Assembly: GCA_000934665.2 (NCBI GenBank)
Contig: KZ538386.1
Location: 1 to 64,000, forward strand
Origin: Catajapyx aquilonaris
Taxonomy: Eukaryota
Direction: 5' to 3'
DNA: 64,000 bases
The notes under the pieces are model-generated. The model saw only the letters and a list, made by a program, of their open reading frames with translations. It made no database searches and had not been told where the DNA came from. Below are positions 1 through 11,786 of this stretch, piece by piece (position 1 is the first letter of the stretch; every line of letters starts with the position of its first letter). Made by a program: the position numbers and the translations under genes.

Positions 1-181
1 GCAAATGACGGTTGGCAGGCGGACAGACTGACAGAGACAACAGACTCACAAACGGCTTTATTTATACACTATAGATTTTTGTTGGTGTACCTGTTGATGA
101 CTTTGGAGAATAGTGTAGGAGAGGAGTGAGTTTTTCCAACAAATCAAGCTTAATGTAATATTTAATGCAGGTTATTACGCC

Positions 182-325
182 TTAACCCTGTAATGCCCAC
201 TGGGTCATATCTGGCACACCATTTAGTGCAATTTTCGCAATTTTTGCAATTTTTATATTTCCTGTAAGTGCCAAATTGCACTAAATGGTGTGCCAGATAT
301 GACCCAAGGGGCATTACAAGGTTAA
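182..325. mobile_element. piggyBac-like MITE
   Basis: About 50-bp near-perfect inverted arms starting CCCTGTAATGCCC, with TTAA at 182-185 and 322-325. Confidence 0.75.
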
Positions 326-1929
326 ATGGACCAAATTCGGTTACACTTACAGAATAGTCTTTTATGCATATGCCGATGAAAAATACATGGTAAGACGGGA
401 TTAGTATTTTAGTTGAAATGGAGACTGAAATGATGCCGCCGGTTTAATTCAAACTCCATTAATGTTATACCAGCATATTTGTAAAAAAAAAATGTCCTAC
501 GTAAATTTTTAAAATCTTATAACTTTAAAAAACGACATATTTCAACTGTGTGATGATGAATTTATTTATACCGAAGCCTCTCATAACTAGCATCAAAAGG
601 AACTAAAATCGTCCAGCTTCGGCCTACATTCCATTCAGGAATCCAAAAATTAATTAATTGTTAATCAAATTAAAATACATTTTCAAAATTGCAACCCACA
701 TTTTTGCTTCTATATTAGCTCTCTTTCTTAGTTTACAAAAGAGTATAACGCCTTCTTGGCTTCTCATCTGGGAATGAACGGAAACGTGGAGGCTGCACAT
801 TAAAAACAGCACTTGTTTTGTTGAGCGCCTTACCTATGAAACGAATGTTGTCCGGCTCCTGAGAATTTGCGGTTCCCACGAGACCATAAAATCCTAGAAA
901 ATTGTTGCTTTTGGCCGAGGCGTCGGGGAAAAATTCTTCAGCTATATCCCCGTTGGCTCCGTTCTTTTTAGGATGAGGAGACGAAAATAAAGGTAGCAAT
1001 TAATATTACTTGAGGGAATCAAATAGCCCTAAAAATAACGTGGTGATATCGTATGTCATCTTAATTGAACGATGGCTGAAGATTTCTAAAGACATCCGGT
1101 CTTAAAGCTAACTTTCAGGTATCCGTTACTTATTTAAAGTCGAATGGAAATCTATATAGGTTCAATGCCCATGGGGTCACCCGCAAGTCAATCCTCTTCA
1201 ATACCAGGTATCAAAGATCATGGACCGACAAATGTAGTGGAAGTAGGCCTACTAAAAAGCTTAATTTAATATCTGTGCTGGAACATTATTGGCTTCGACG
1301 ATCGTCAAAACGACAAAAAATATGGCGATGAAGGCTTAACTTAATATCCGTGGAAAGTTATCAGGGTTGACATTCTGCAAGGTTTTGTAGCCTGCCGGAA
1401 TTACAAATCTGGGCTATACCGTACAAGTAAGTATGTGCGTGATGGTTACAGTGGGCGTAACAAATCGTGTACCATAATAACTTATTTTTGAAGAGCTCGA
1501 AATATTGGTGTTTATTTTTGGGTTGAGGAAAATTCTGGCAAGAATTATTGTCAGCAGCTCAAGGAAGATGTGTCGGACAATGTTATCATGGCTATAATGA
1601 CAACCGTCAGTACTTCAGTATAAGGTTGAAGTTAATTGCATTTTTATTGCATGTTGATGGTTGTATAAAGCCAGGATACTAATAAGGTTTCTTCTATTTT
1701 CAATCTGATTGACTTTTTTAAATTTTTCTGAGAGTTATTTCGTGTCTAATTACCACGTGACATTTCGTAACTACAACAATTTCTTTTGGAAAATAGGCGC
1801 ACTTTACAACACCATAATATTGTAAATGATGCCTATTAATAATTCATACCCCGTTATCAGGCTATCGGCTCTATAGGGGGGAAGTTTTTTTTGCCTGGAA
1901 CTCTTTGCTTTCGTTTTACTGTGCTCTTT

Positions 1930-2116
1930 GGGATAGGATGGGGACGGAAGGAAGCGGCTGTGGCCTATTAATTACGGAAGCAACTCCGGAATTTTCCTGG
2001 AAGGACCGTGGGAAACCACAGAAAACCACGGTCAGAGTTGCCGGCTCCGGGATTTGATCCCAAGACCTCCCGATTAGCAGTCGGACACCATATCCCCTCC
2101 TCCAAACTGCTTCGGT
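1930..2116 (-). mobile_element. tRNA-derived SINE, copy 2
   Basis: Reverse complement starts ACCGAAGCAG, has a decayed B box GGATCAAATCC and shares the body and AGGCCACAGCCGCTTCC with the other copies. Confidence 0.85.
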
Positions 2117-2364
2117 AATGATGCCTATTGCGATTATGAAGGTTCATGACATTCATGTTATCATTGCATGACTGTTTTACTATACTTTGTTATAACAATA
2201 TATACAAGGGAAGTAACTGAGTTCCGCTGTAGACTGTCAGATTTCAACAACGGCCTAGAGGGATAGCGGAAAGGAATACGGATTGACACATCCGGTACTG
2301 TACAAAGGCACTCTCGACTTGAAAAGTAATCTTCCTGCATACGACACATAATTAGCAATTGTTG

Positions 2365-2421
2365 ATCGCTGACTACCCCTCATAGGGAAATGTCGTGATG
2401 TTGTTGTTGTTGTTGTTGTTG
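2365..2421 (+). repeat. Short retroposon-like 3' tail ending in (GTT)n
   Basis: ATCGCTGACTACCCCTCATAGGGAAATGTCGTGATGTTG followed by a microsatellite. An inverted copy lies at about 3427-3481. Confidence 0.55.
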
Positions 2422-3222
2422 ATCGCGTACGGGCTCGAAGACAATTTATTCACAACTCAAGTGCAAAGACCGATAAAACAGGTGACCTAAAAATAAGAAA
2501 AGGAACCCGGAAAAAAAAATATTGCTACACGACACAACTGCGTAGAGAAACCTCGCAATACATGACACCTTTTGAGTTAGTCCGGCTTCAGTTTGTGAAT
2601 TTCAAAACGACTCAATTCTGACCACATCTCTTCGTTCCTTGTGAAACTCACACCTACCAGTTTACCTATGTATAGACGCCTCCTGACTGCAATTCCAGGT
2701 TGGGCGTAATTTGATCATCGATCATAATGGGAAAAAAGGAATGATTGTTGGAAAGATCTCTCCCACACACAAGCGTAAAAGGGGGTCAAACTACGTAGAA
2801 AAGGGAATTCGCAAGGGAGAAGGAGGGGGCAGAGTAGGATGGAGGGGGCTGTCCCTTAGGAATATTCCAAGAACGTGAAATGGCAAGGGGGATGAAAAAC
2901 AAATGGAAGGTAGAGGGGGGGGAGGAGAAGATTTTGATAGCTTGGATCAAGTTCTGATCATCGCTTTGTCATTAAGGTCATGCTTTCAGACTTTTAAAGC
3001 AGTAGTTGCGTCATATCCTGGTTTAAATTAGGTCTAAGACTTGTTTTCTCACATTCAGATGTGATGTTTATTTCGGGAAAACTAGGAAGTGTACAGGCTC
3101 TTGAAAAGAAAATTGTCACATTGACACCGATAGAGAAATTACGAATTATTTTGATTGAGGAATTTCAATCTCGTAATGAAAGAAAGCCTTACTGTTGTGT
3201 AATGAGGCATGCTAAAAGTAAA

Positions 3223-3359
3223 GTACTATGGGGCTCATATTCTTATCCTGGTCTTGAAGCAACCCTTCGCGCACACACACTTCCTCACCGTGGGGCCTGT
3301 GTGAAGGGTTGCTTCAAGACCAGGATAAAGTGGCCAAAAGTATTTGAGCTCCATAGTAC
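3223..3359. mobile_element. MITE / fold-back element, TA-flanked
   Basis: Outer IR GTACTATGGGGCTCA/TGAGCTCCATAGTAC plus an inner 26-bp IR TTATCCTGGTCTTGAAGCAACCCTTC. Confidence 0.6.
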
Positions 3360-3426
3360 ATGAAACTATCGTATATATTCTTAACTGGCAAGGCAATCTG
3401 GTTTAATTATTTTAATTTGTATTTAT

Positions 3427-3481
3427 TCATCATCATCATCATCAACATCACGACATTTCCCTATGAGGGGTAGTCAGCGAT
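3427..3481 (-). repeat. Inverted copy of the 2365-2421 tail, ending in (GAT)n
   Basis: CAACATCACGACATTTCCCTATGAGGGGTAGTCAGCGAT is the exact reverse complement of 2365-2403. Confidence 0.6.
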
Positions 3482-5048
3482 GAAGGGAGACGCAAGCTAA
3501 AATATAACTTATATAATTTATATTTATTAATTTAATAAAAATAATCGTCGGATTTTCACGCAATAGTTGGGAAACAAATTGGTGATAAATATCTGAAAAT
3601 TAAACATTGCGACTGGGAATGTGATGATTAAAATATATATACATATACCCCATTGGAGTGAACGAAGCCCTTTTAGGGGGGTGGATTACCACCATTTGGG
3701 AATGTGATGATTTGACTAGTGTGCAAATGCACAAATGACTTTCACTCAAAACATCTCAAACTTTTTCAGATTTCAAATCAAAGAACAATCTGTACACATC
3801 AACAACCTTACAAAAATAGCATCCGACGTAGAATCGAAGGAAAGAGATGCTAGCATAGTAGTCTGAGCAGTTGGAATGAAACACATCAGATGCCACCAGC
3901 AGCACGACGCACCGCTGTAAAGGAGAAGCCAAGACAGTTCCCTAGATGGCAGGAAAGTAATAACATGGACCCAGCCCAACTCTTTTTTTATAATCATCAA
4001 CAGTACAATTCAAGGACGTCCGTAATCGTCCTTTAGGTTTAGATATCCTCAAGCACTGTAAAAAAAAAACGCAATTACCAAAAATTCAAACCTACTGATA
4101 ATCACATTTTTAAATAATATCCGATGTAGCTAATTGTCAACATCGCATTTACAACTGGTTGTTCGTGTGGTCAGGGGACTCTACCACAGCCATAAGATGT
4201 TCGAAAGAGAAGAAAAGGCGGCCTGACCCGAGGCGTAGACCCCCACCATCCCTTCGCCTTACTTCCAACCTCGAGCCTTCCTCTTTTCGGCGTAACACGG
4301 TAGCCAGCTTATCATCGGTGGTTGTCGAGGGTGGAGGGGGGATAGAGGGAAGATTTGTGGTCGGAGGAGTACAGGGGGGGTGGAAAGGTTGGAGAAAAAA
4401 AGGGAAGAAAAGAAGAGGAAAGATGTGGATGACCAATAAAAATGCTGTAGAGTCACAAAAAAAAACTGGTTGCAAAACTGCAACCAAAATCTTGTTAATG
4501 ATAACAATTTTTTTCAAGGCTCCATATGGTGCCTGTTAGTGGTAATGTATCTTGGTGTTTAGAGTTGAGTTATTTTGAGCTTGCATGTGCTGGAGTCTCG
4601 TGCTGTACACGTGCCTCGACCAAGAAAGAAGAGTCCTGAAAAGACGTTTTTGTGTGTGAAGAACAGCCCCCCCCNTACTTTCTATTTCGGGACCTAGTCC
4701 TATGGATCTCTCCCTCACACTTTCATTTCTTTAGAACCAAGGTCCAGGATTTCTTCCAAACTATGTTCTTAGTTCTGAGTAGGGATTGGGTTATGTTTAG
4801 TGGCCTTGGCCTCCAATCAGAACAGGGAGTTTTGCCAATTGTGGTATGGTCACGCTGCCAGTCTACCATACTGTGTCATGCAAAGTTGGTAACCAGACAA
4901 TAGAAATACTATTATTGGCATAGTCAAGCCTAACGCGCAATTTCAAGATAGCAACTACTTGAAAACTTGGATCGTATCAGCTGGTATCAGCAAGCCTTTG
5001 ATTTCACTTGCAAAGGCATATAAAGTACAATTTATTTACCAACAAGTA

Positions 5049-5112
5049 TTTATTTGGCAATAAAGCAATAATAACAGAAAAAATTGTTATTATTGTTTTA
5101 TTGCCAAATAAA
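5049..5112. repeat. Short AT-rich hairpin
   Basis: TTTATTTGGCAATAAAGCAATAATAACA / TGTTATTATTGTTTTATTGCCAAATAAA (28-bp arms, 1 mismatch). Confidence 0.7.
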
Positions 5113-6015
5113 ATCTCGAGCTATTTTGTGGAAGTTAATATGCTCCTTATTCTGCAATATGCCAGCCGATTGCACAACCAATATGGTTGCATCACTCCAA
5201 AGGATGTAGGACTCTTGTGTAGTATAATCTAAAATTATTATCCGAAATCACAGATGATTTTGACAGTCATCGTTACAAATTTTTTTTATTTTTTTTTACT
5301 CTCATGATAACTGTAGACATGACAAGAAGATAATTTTTCCTGCAGACATTGCAGGATCTGTTTACTGCAACGTAATGTATTCAGGCATTGAATTGCGAAA
5401 AGTGTCAAGTAAGGTGTCAAGGTACAGAGCATAGATATTAAAGGTTTAAGATCTATGGTACAGAGATAACTGACCGTATGTGTTTAAACTCGCATGCAAT
5501 TATTGCATATGTGTAGGAAGTAAATAATCATATATTTTACATACAACGAGTCCCAGAGCGTAATTTTTGTCAATTTCTGACTAATATTACAAGAGTTAAT
5601 TTACGAGGCTCGTTAGCCTCAACACGAGGGTGTTTTAATTATTTGGGGACTTCAATTTGTTTGTTTCTTGCTATGCAAAAATATGTTTGGCCCAACAGTA
5701 CCCCTCCACATATGAAGCACTATGATTACATTTTTATCAGTGTAAGTGTTACATGTAGTTTCTACATACTGATCCCCTTCGTAAAACTCGGTTTCCTTAT
5801 GATAATGAAACGCCCTTGTACTGAGAGAAAATTTCACTGAAATAGCAGCAGATACTAAATTTGAATCATACGACGTTATTAGTATGTTGTTCATGACATC
5901 AAAAAGTTCCTAATGTTTCATCAGTCGCAAACTCAATTTGTTAAGGCTGATAAATAATTTCACCATATCAGTCTGGATAACACAGGCCACTAGCCAAGCA
6001 AGTTATATCATGCTT

Positions 6016-6279
6016 TTAACCCTGGAACCGTGGCGTGGGGTCTTTTAGGACCCCAGAGGAATTAAAATGCTTTAAAATTATAATTACAGTGAACTTTTGC
6101 CATTTTTTAAAAGTATATAACAGGAAGTGGATGTTTATTTTGAATTAGCGATCATTTTAGACATTGTTCAAAGAATGATTGCATATAGTCGATACATTGA
6201 AAAGTTTTATATAAAAATTAATAAAAATTAAAATATGGATGGGGTCCTAAAAGACCCCACTTCACGGTTGCAGGGTTAA
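6016..6279. mobile_element. piggyBac-like MITE (second family)
   Basis: TTAA-CCCTGGAACCGTGGCGTGGGGTCTTTTAGGACCCCA ... TGGGGTCCTAAAAGACCCCACTTCACGGTTGCAGGG-TTAA with an AT-rich interior. Confidence 0.8.
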
Positions 6280-9200
6280 CGGGAATTCAGTGTATCTGAC
6301 CATCATAATAGTAGTAGGAAAAAATGTTTTCTGCCATTTAAAGTTTCCATTTTCATCGAGTATAATTAAATATGTATCACAAGTCCGGAGATACAGCTTT
6401 CTAAAATCAGCCAAATCCAACAATTCAGGATTCTGTTGCTACCCTGAAACTGTTACTATACTGCAGACCATAATACACTTCTAAATAAAAATATGTATTA
6501 TAATCCTAATACTGTCTTGTAATTACACTGTTGCTGTTTTTACATATTTTTTCACTTATTTCTACATACTAATCCGCTTACAAATAGCTCCCTCTAATGC
6601 CTGTATGTACGTAACCATCTTGCGTAAGTCACAACTTTAATTACAAATCCCAGTTTTCAGATGACGATAGTGCCAAAGCAATCCACAAAAATAGTACTTA
6701 GTCCTATGCAGTTAATGACCTTCATCCTAGAAGGATGCACATGCAACATATCCTGCACTCCAGTAGTGTTTGGTATCAGAATACCGGAATCGACATACGA
6801 TAGGGTCGACACCCTTGCATATCAACAGATAAGTGCAGCTGGCAAACTCGTAAATGTGAATTCCTCGCGTTCTGCCATTCGACACCAGGGTCAACCAACG
6901 AGGATGACAACATTCATTCTGCTCTCTGGCGGTTGTTGAGTAAAACGACACTCAGGCTGGAATCATCAACCCGGAACGCTAACAACACGTTCTTGCAGGA
7001 TTAACTTTAGCAGGTGATAAATTAAATGTGTTGTTTGTCACATAAAAATTTGCATCTTACGTGCAAAGGGGTAACAACTTCGTAAATATCCCTTCATATA
7101 TCTCTATATAAATCTAGTGTACACAGCGCTGATATAACTTTCATTTATACGGTAGGCATGGAACAATATTTTGATGTAACGTAATTACTTGCGAATATTT
7201 ATAAATAAATCAACTGCGCCATTATTTTCTCATGCCACATAAGGCGCTAATCTTATCATATACTGACACACAGGCTTGTCATGAAGGAACACAACTGATT
7301 CAGTTACATAAATCACACGGGATTAAGTAGCGAAAGTGAGAGATGGTGTCACTAACTTATAGTAAGATTCAACAGCGTATGACAGGGAGGTAAAGGGTAG
7401 AAAGTATTACCTCCCAAAAAAAAAGGACCGTGACTCTTTTTTTAGGGATGGTCTGGGAGAGTTGACACCCACGAAAAAGCAGCATACGAATATCACATTA
7501 CCCGTGTGACACCTGATATAATGTGTCGACAAAATAACGTGAAGCACCTTACTTCTAGTGGGCTTTAACATCAAAACAGGGTTGCCATTTCCAGTGTTGC
7601 CCAGAATTGACCACAGAAGTGATTTGCCCTTAACCCTTTAGGACCCTCCGCCCTCATCATGATAATTTGGAAGGCCCCTCCCTGGGCACTGGATTTCCTT
7701 GAGGTGTCACATCCAAATAGCTATCCAGGGAGAAGAAGAAAAAAAATTAGGAGGCAAGGGTGGTGATTGGCCCCTGGGTAGTACGTATAGTGCATATCTA
7801 ATGATTGCATACGCCTTAAACCGGGTTTAAAAAGTAGGCAACTGCCTCGTGGCAGGTAGACACTCTGTTTTTTTGTTTTTTATTTTGAAAAAAGTTCGGC
7901 AACCTGACCAAGGACACGGCCATTTTTGGCAACCCCACAGTACTTTAGGAGGCACGCCAGTTTTGCACCCAAAACAATGTGAGGGGTGGGTTATGTGTCG
8001 AAATTTGCGAGCTGGCAATATTTATGGCCCGTGACACCATAATATTACTGCTCATGTTCCAGATGCAACATAAAAATTTTAAGTTCGGCTACTGTTGGGC
8101 ACGCCCTTCCCCCCCCCCCCCCCCNCCCCCCCCACACTCCCCCTGTAAATACATGTCGCACCTGCTGCTACCAGCCTTGCGGGGTGCCCTTGGCCCAAAT
8201 CATCTAATCCTTAAAACCTGGATTGGTATAAGGAACCCTGCATCCTCCACTTTGCTACTGGGTGACCAGAACCAATTGGACGTCCAGCTCTTTCCATTAT
8301 GCAAATCACGCCCGTGGTACCTAATGGTGCCGCCCTCATTTTTTCTCATCCTCCTTTTTTTTGTTGTTGTTATGCATGAAGGGTGTACCCTTCCTAGTGG
8401 TTGGAGCCCTATGGGCCATCCGCCCAAACTGACATCCAGTGGGGCTTTAGAGGCAATCTCGGCTGCCAAACCGCGCCTTGTTCTCTTGAATCAACACAAC
8501 TCGCTGCTACTTGTCACGCTTTCAACTAAGACATATGACCAACGATTAGGATTTCAGTGGTTTTCACTCTTATTTATTGTTGAAAAACAACAGGGTATGT
8601 CGAAGCAATGAAATAGTACTGTCTATAATAATACCATATATATAAAAAATAATAGAGGACTGCCACGTGTTATGTATTTTTTTTTATTTAAATTTTTTTG
8701 TTTCGTGTCGTGCCAAGGTGTGGAGGTTAGGAGGGGACCCCTTTAGTCATGCACGAAAACTCGGAATGTGACATGTAACATTCCCAACCAAGCTAATCTG
8801 TCGCTGTTTTTGAGTTTAAGAATGTGCAAGAAACATTTTTTTCCCGCCATTTTAGAAAGTATGGTCGCACACCTGGGCTAAAGAATCAAAAACAGGCCTA
8901 GGGTCAAAATGAGGGGTAGGTCCCGCTAAGAATACGAGGACCTTCAGAAGCCTAGCCCCGGTCCAACAAAAGATTATGTGAAGCAAAGCTCTCCGAAGTT
9001 GCAGGTGTCCCCAGAAAAAGGTGGCAGTCATGTGTGCTTCACCGGACGGACGGACCGACGGACATTGTGCCCCGTTTGACAAAAGGGTGAGCTCCGTGTT
9101 CACAACTTGTAAAGACTCGGAGGGGGGGGGGGGNGACCGGTTTTTTTTCTTACTATATCCCCTCTCTCCTATATATTTTTTTACATGCTTACCTGGCCCC

Positions 9201-11435
9201 TCTAACCCACGATCCGTAGCCTACCGAAATTGTGCTCAGGTGTACGTTAGGTCCGCACTTTAGGCCTGGGGCTGGGATTGGTCGTAAATCAGTCCGTCAA
9301 AATCCTTGAAGAGCAGGCTTGAAACTGCACCCACACCTCTCCTTGTAAAGTCATCATGTCCTGACTGCCGATATCCATCTGGATCGTGATTTACATCCCT
9401 AGTTGTTGCCACTTGTATCTAAGGGATAATTGCATTGTCACTTCCTGGCACACGTGTAAGGCTACTTTCACATAGGATGCATTTGATTTATCGAGCACTC
9501 TAAACCTGTTTTGGGTTGTGTTGACTCCTACGTCTTTCAACCCTAAATAATATTTATTTGGTGGACAAACACCCAGGTAGGCTCCAAGAAGGCTGGATTA
9601 TTGTGCACTCTGGACTATCCCAGGCCTTGAGAGGGTAGAGAGTGAAGGTCCCCACGTGGTCCTGAACTCTGATATCAATCCGACCTTGTGTGGGTCAACG
9701 AACCAACAGCATCTTTCCTTCTTCGCCCACCTTTAGCTCCTCAAAATGATGCACCATTATATTCACCACCATACTCTCATGCAAATGCTGCTCCATACAC
9801 AAGAGACAACCAATACCAAAAAATTGATATTTTGATGATTATTATTTTAAATGCTTCAGACAGTAGTGTGGTGGTCTGAGCCTAATAGCCCTGAGATTAG
9901 TCTTCTTGCAGCACCTATACTGTAATTAACCTGCCTGATGTCAAGGCTGAAGTGCTCCAGAGGACTTCCATCTATCAGATACACACAAAAAAAAATGGGG
10001 GGAGGAAGAAGGTCCTCTTGTGAGAGACAGTTGAGAAGAGCAGTTGGGGGATCCACCTACAGCTAAAAGTGGCTTCCCAGCCTCAACCGGGCGTAACGAC
10101 CGACCAGCCACCAAACCCTGGGTTTTCTGTTGATAGGACAGGACGCTGTCCTTGGCCTTGTCTTGCCTTCACACCACCAGATTTTTAAAGCTCTGTTGCG
10201 TCTCTTTCTCCAGCCCTCCCCATCCGCTCATTTCCTATTCTAAAGGCCCACACCCACACCATCACTCACCTGGGCCAAATAAGTCATCTGCCCACAGAAT
10301 GAATCAAACACCCAACATACAGCCTACAATTATAAACCTTGAAGAGTACCGCAATGTACCAAGATTGAGCAAAATGCTCAGAAATGAAGAGACGCGGAAC
10401 GGTCCAAGATGGCGTGACCTAACTTCCTCAAACATCGTTGTTCATCCCAGATTTTGGCTTCCTGTCGCCAACTGATGCGAATCTCAGGTACGCTATGGGC
10501 GTTGGGTAAATTTAGCACGCGATGGTGGTGGAGGATGTGGCTCTTCCGCACGTGCCAGTGTCGCGCCTTTGACCACAGAGTGACTTGGAGGAACCCCAGA
10601 AGGAAACATTTTTATTGGAGTCACGAACACCGCTTTCTTCCCCTTGAGTTATCATTTATTCATTCCCACCTGGGTGCTGAGGAACCCTTTTCCTGGTCAC
10701 CCCCGCCCCCTTTACCAGAGAGCCAAAATAAACAAAACGAAAGGCGTCTTAGTGGTTACAGCCATGAGGCAATAAGAAAGAAGAGGATGGAGAGAGAGAG
10801 AAAGAGAGAGAAAAAAGAAGACCTACGAGTTTGGATTCTTTTGACTCCGAACCCTCATCAGCATCCGAAATGAACACCCATGCTTTACGAATTCACTCTC
10901 ACGTGATGTGCCTCAGAGCAAACAGTGATATAAAAAGGATAGGAGGGTCTGAACTTGCTCCAGACACTGGGATGCATACGTTATTGACATTAGCACCAGA
11001 AGAGATCATATCAGTGGTGGTCGAGATTTCGAAAGGTGGGCTTCTGGGTGGTATGGCCCCTTTTTTGGTCCGGGACAAAGCGTCAGTTGGTGGGCTATGA
11101 GACCCTGGTGTAATCGCCAGACGCATGTCAAACTTTCCCCCAGAGCCAGAAAGTCACTTGTCCAAACCGTCTCTTCTTATCTCTAGAGAGATGATTTTCA
11201 AGGAAACGCTGAAAGGGATTTGTGACTTGGCATTACCAGGTTTTTCCGCTGGATAGATACGCGGCCATAGATTATCCTGGATCGGTGGCAGCCTAGAGTG
11301 ACAGCTGCTCGCCACGTTACATAATGAGCAGGCGTTAGGAGCAATCCCATTAATATCTGATCATCTTCTGTGTCCAATCACAGGCGCTCTGAAACATTTT
11401 GATTGAAAACTTAGAGAGGGATTTTTTTTGTCCCT

Positions 11436-11600
11436 CTGCTAGTTACTGCTAACTTAGCAGTGGGTAGCAGTAACTAGCAGTGGGGAAAGAATTCGACATT
11501 TGGGGTCAAATTCGTCGCACTGCTAGTTTAATACTGTTAACTTCGCAGTACCAATGCACTACACTGGTACTGCTAAGTTAGCAGTAACTATAGCAGTGTA
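11436..11600. repeat. Palindromic repeat unit TACTGCTAA(C/G)TTAGCAGT in several copies
   Basis: CTGCTAGTTACTGCTA/TAGCAGTAACTAGCAG inverted pair and TACTGCTAAGTTAGCAGTA directly upstream of the SINE. Confidence 0.5.
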
Positions 11601-11602
11601 AC

Positions 11603-11786
11603 ACCGAAGCAGGTTGGTGTAGAGGATAAGGAGCCCGCCTGTTAATCGGGAGGTCCTGGGTTCGAATCCCGGGGCCGGCGACCCTGACCATGGTTTTCCA
11701 TGGTCCCCTCCAGGACAATTCCGGGGTCGTTTCCGTAAAAATAGGCCACAGCCGCTTCCATCCTTCCCTATCCCTGGTCCCATCCA
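11603..11786 (+). mobile_element. tRNA-derived SINE (Lm1-like body), copy 1
   Basis: Pol III A box TGGTGTAGAGG and B box GGTTCGAATCC, then body GGTTTTCC...CCAGG...AGGCCACAGCCGCTTCC. Homologous to the copies at about 1930-2116 and 32996-33186. Confidence 0.85.

Noticed and set aside
4149..4539. Overlapping basic and Pro-rich ORFs on both strands
   Set aside because: Caused by purine-rich low-complexity sequence.
7979..8611. 210-aa ORF (also 17487-18032, 31319-31846, 44679-45125)
   Set aside because: No domain similarity, homopolymer-laden, no coherent splice structure; likely chance ORFs.
11603..11680. Possible tRNA-Asn(GTT) gene
   Set aside because: No proper acceptor stem, and it continues into a repeat body shared with two other copies, so it is a SINE head.
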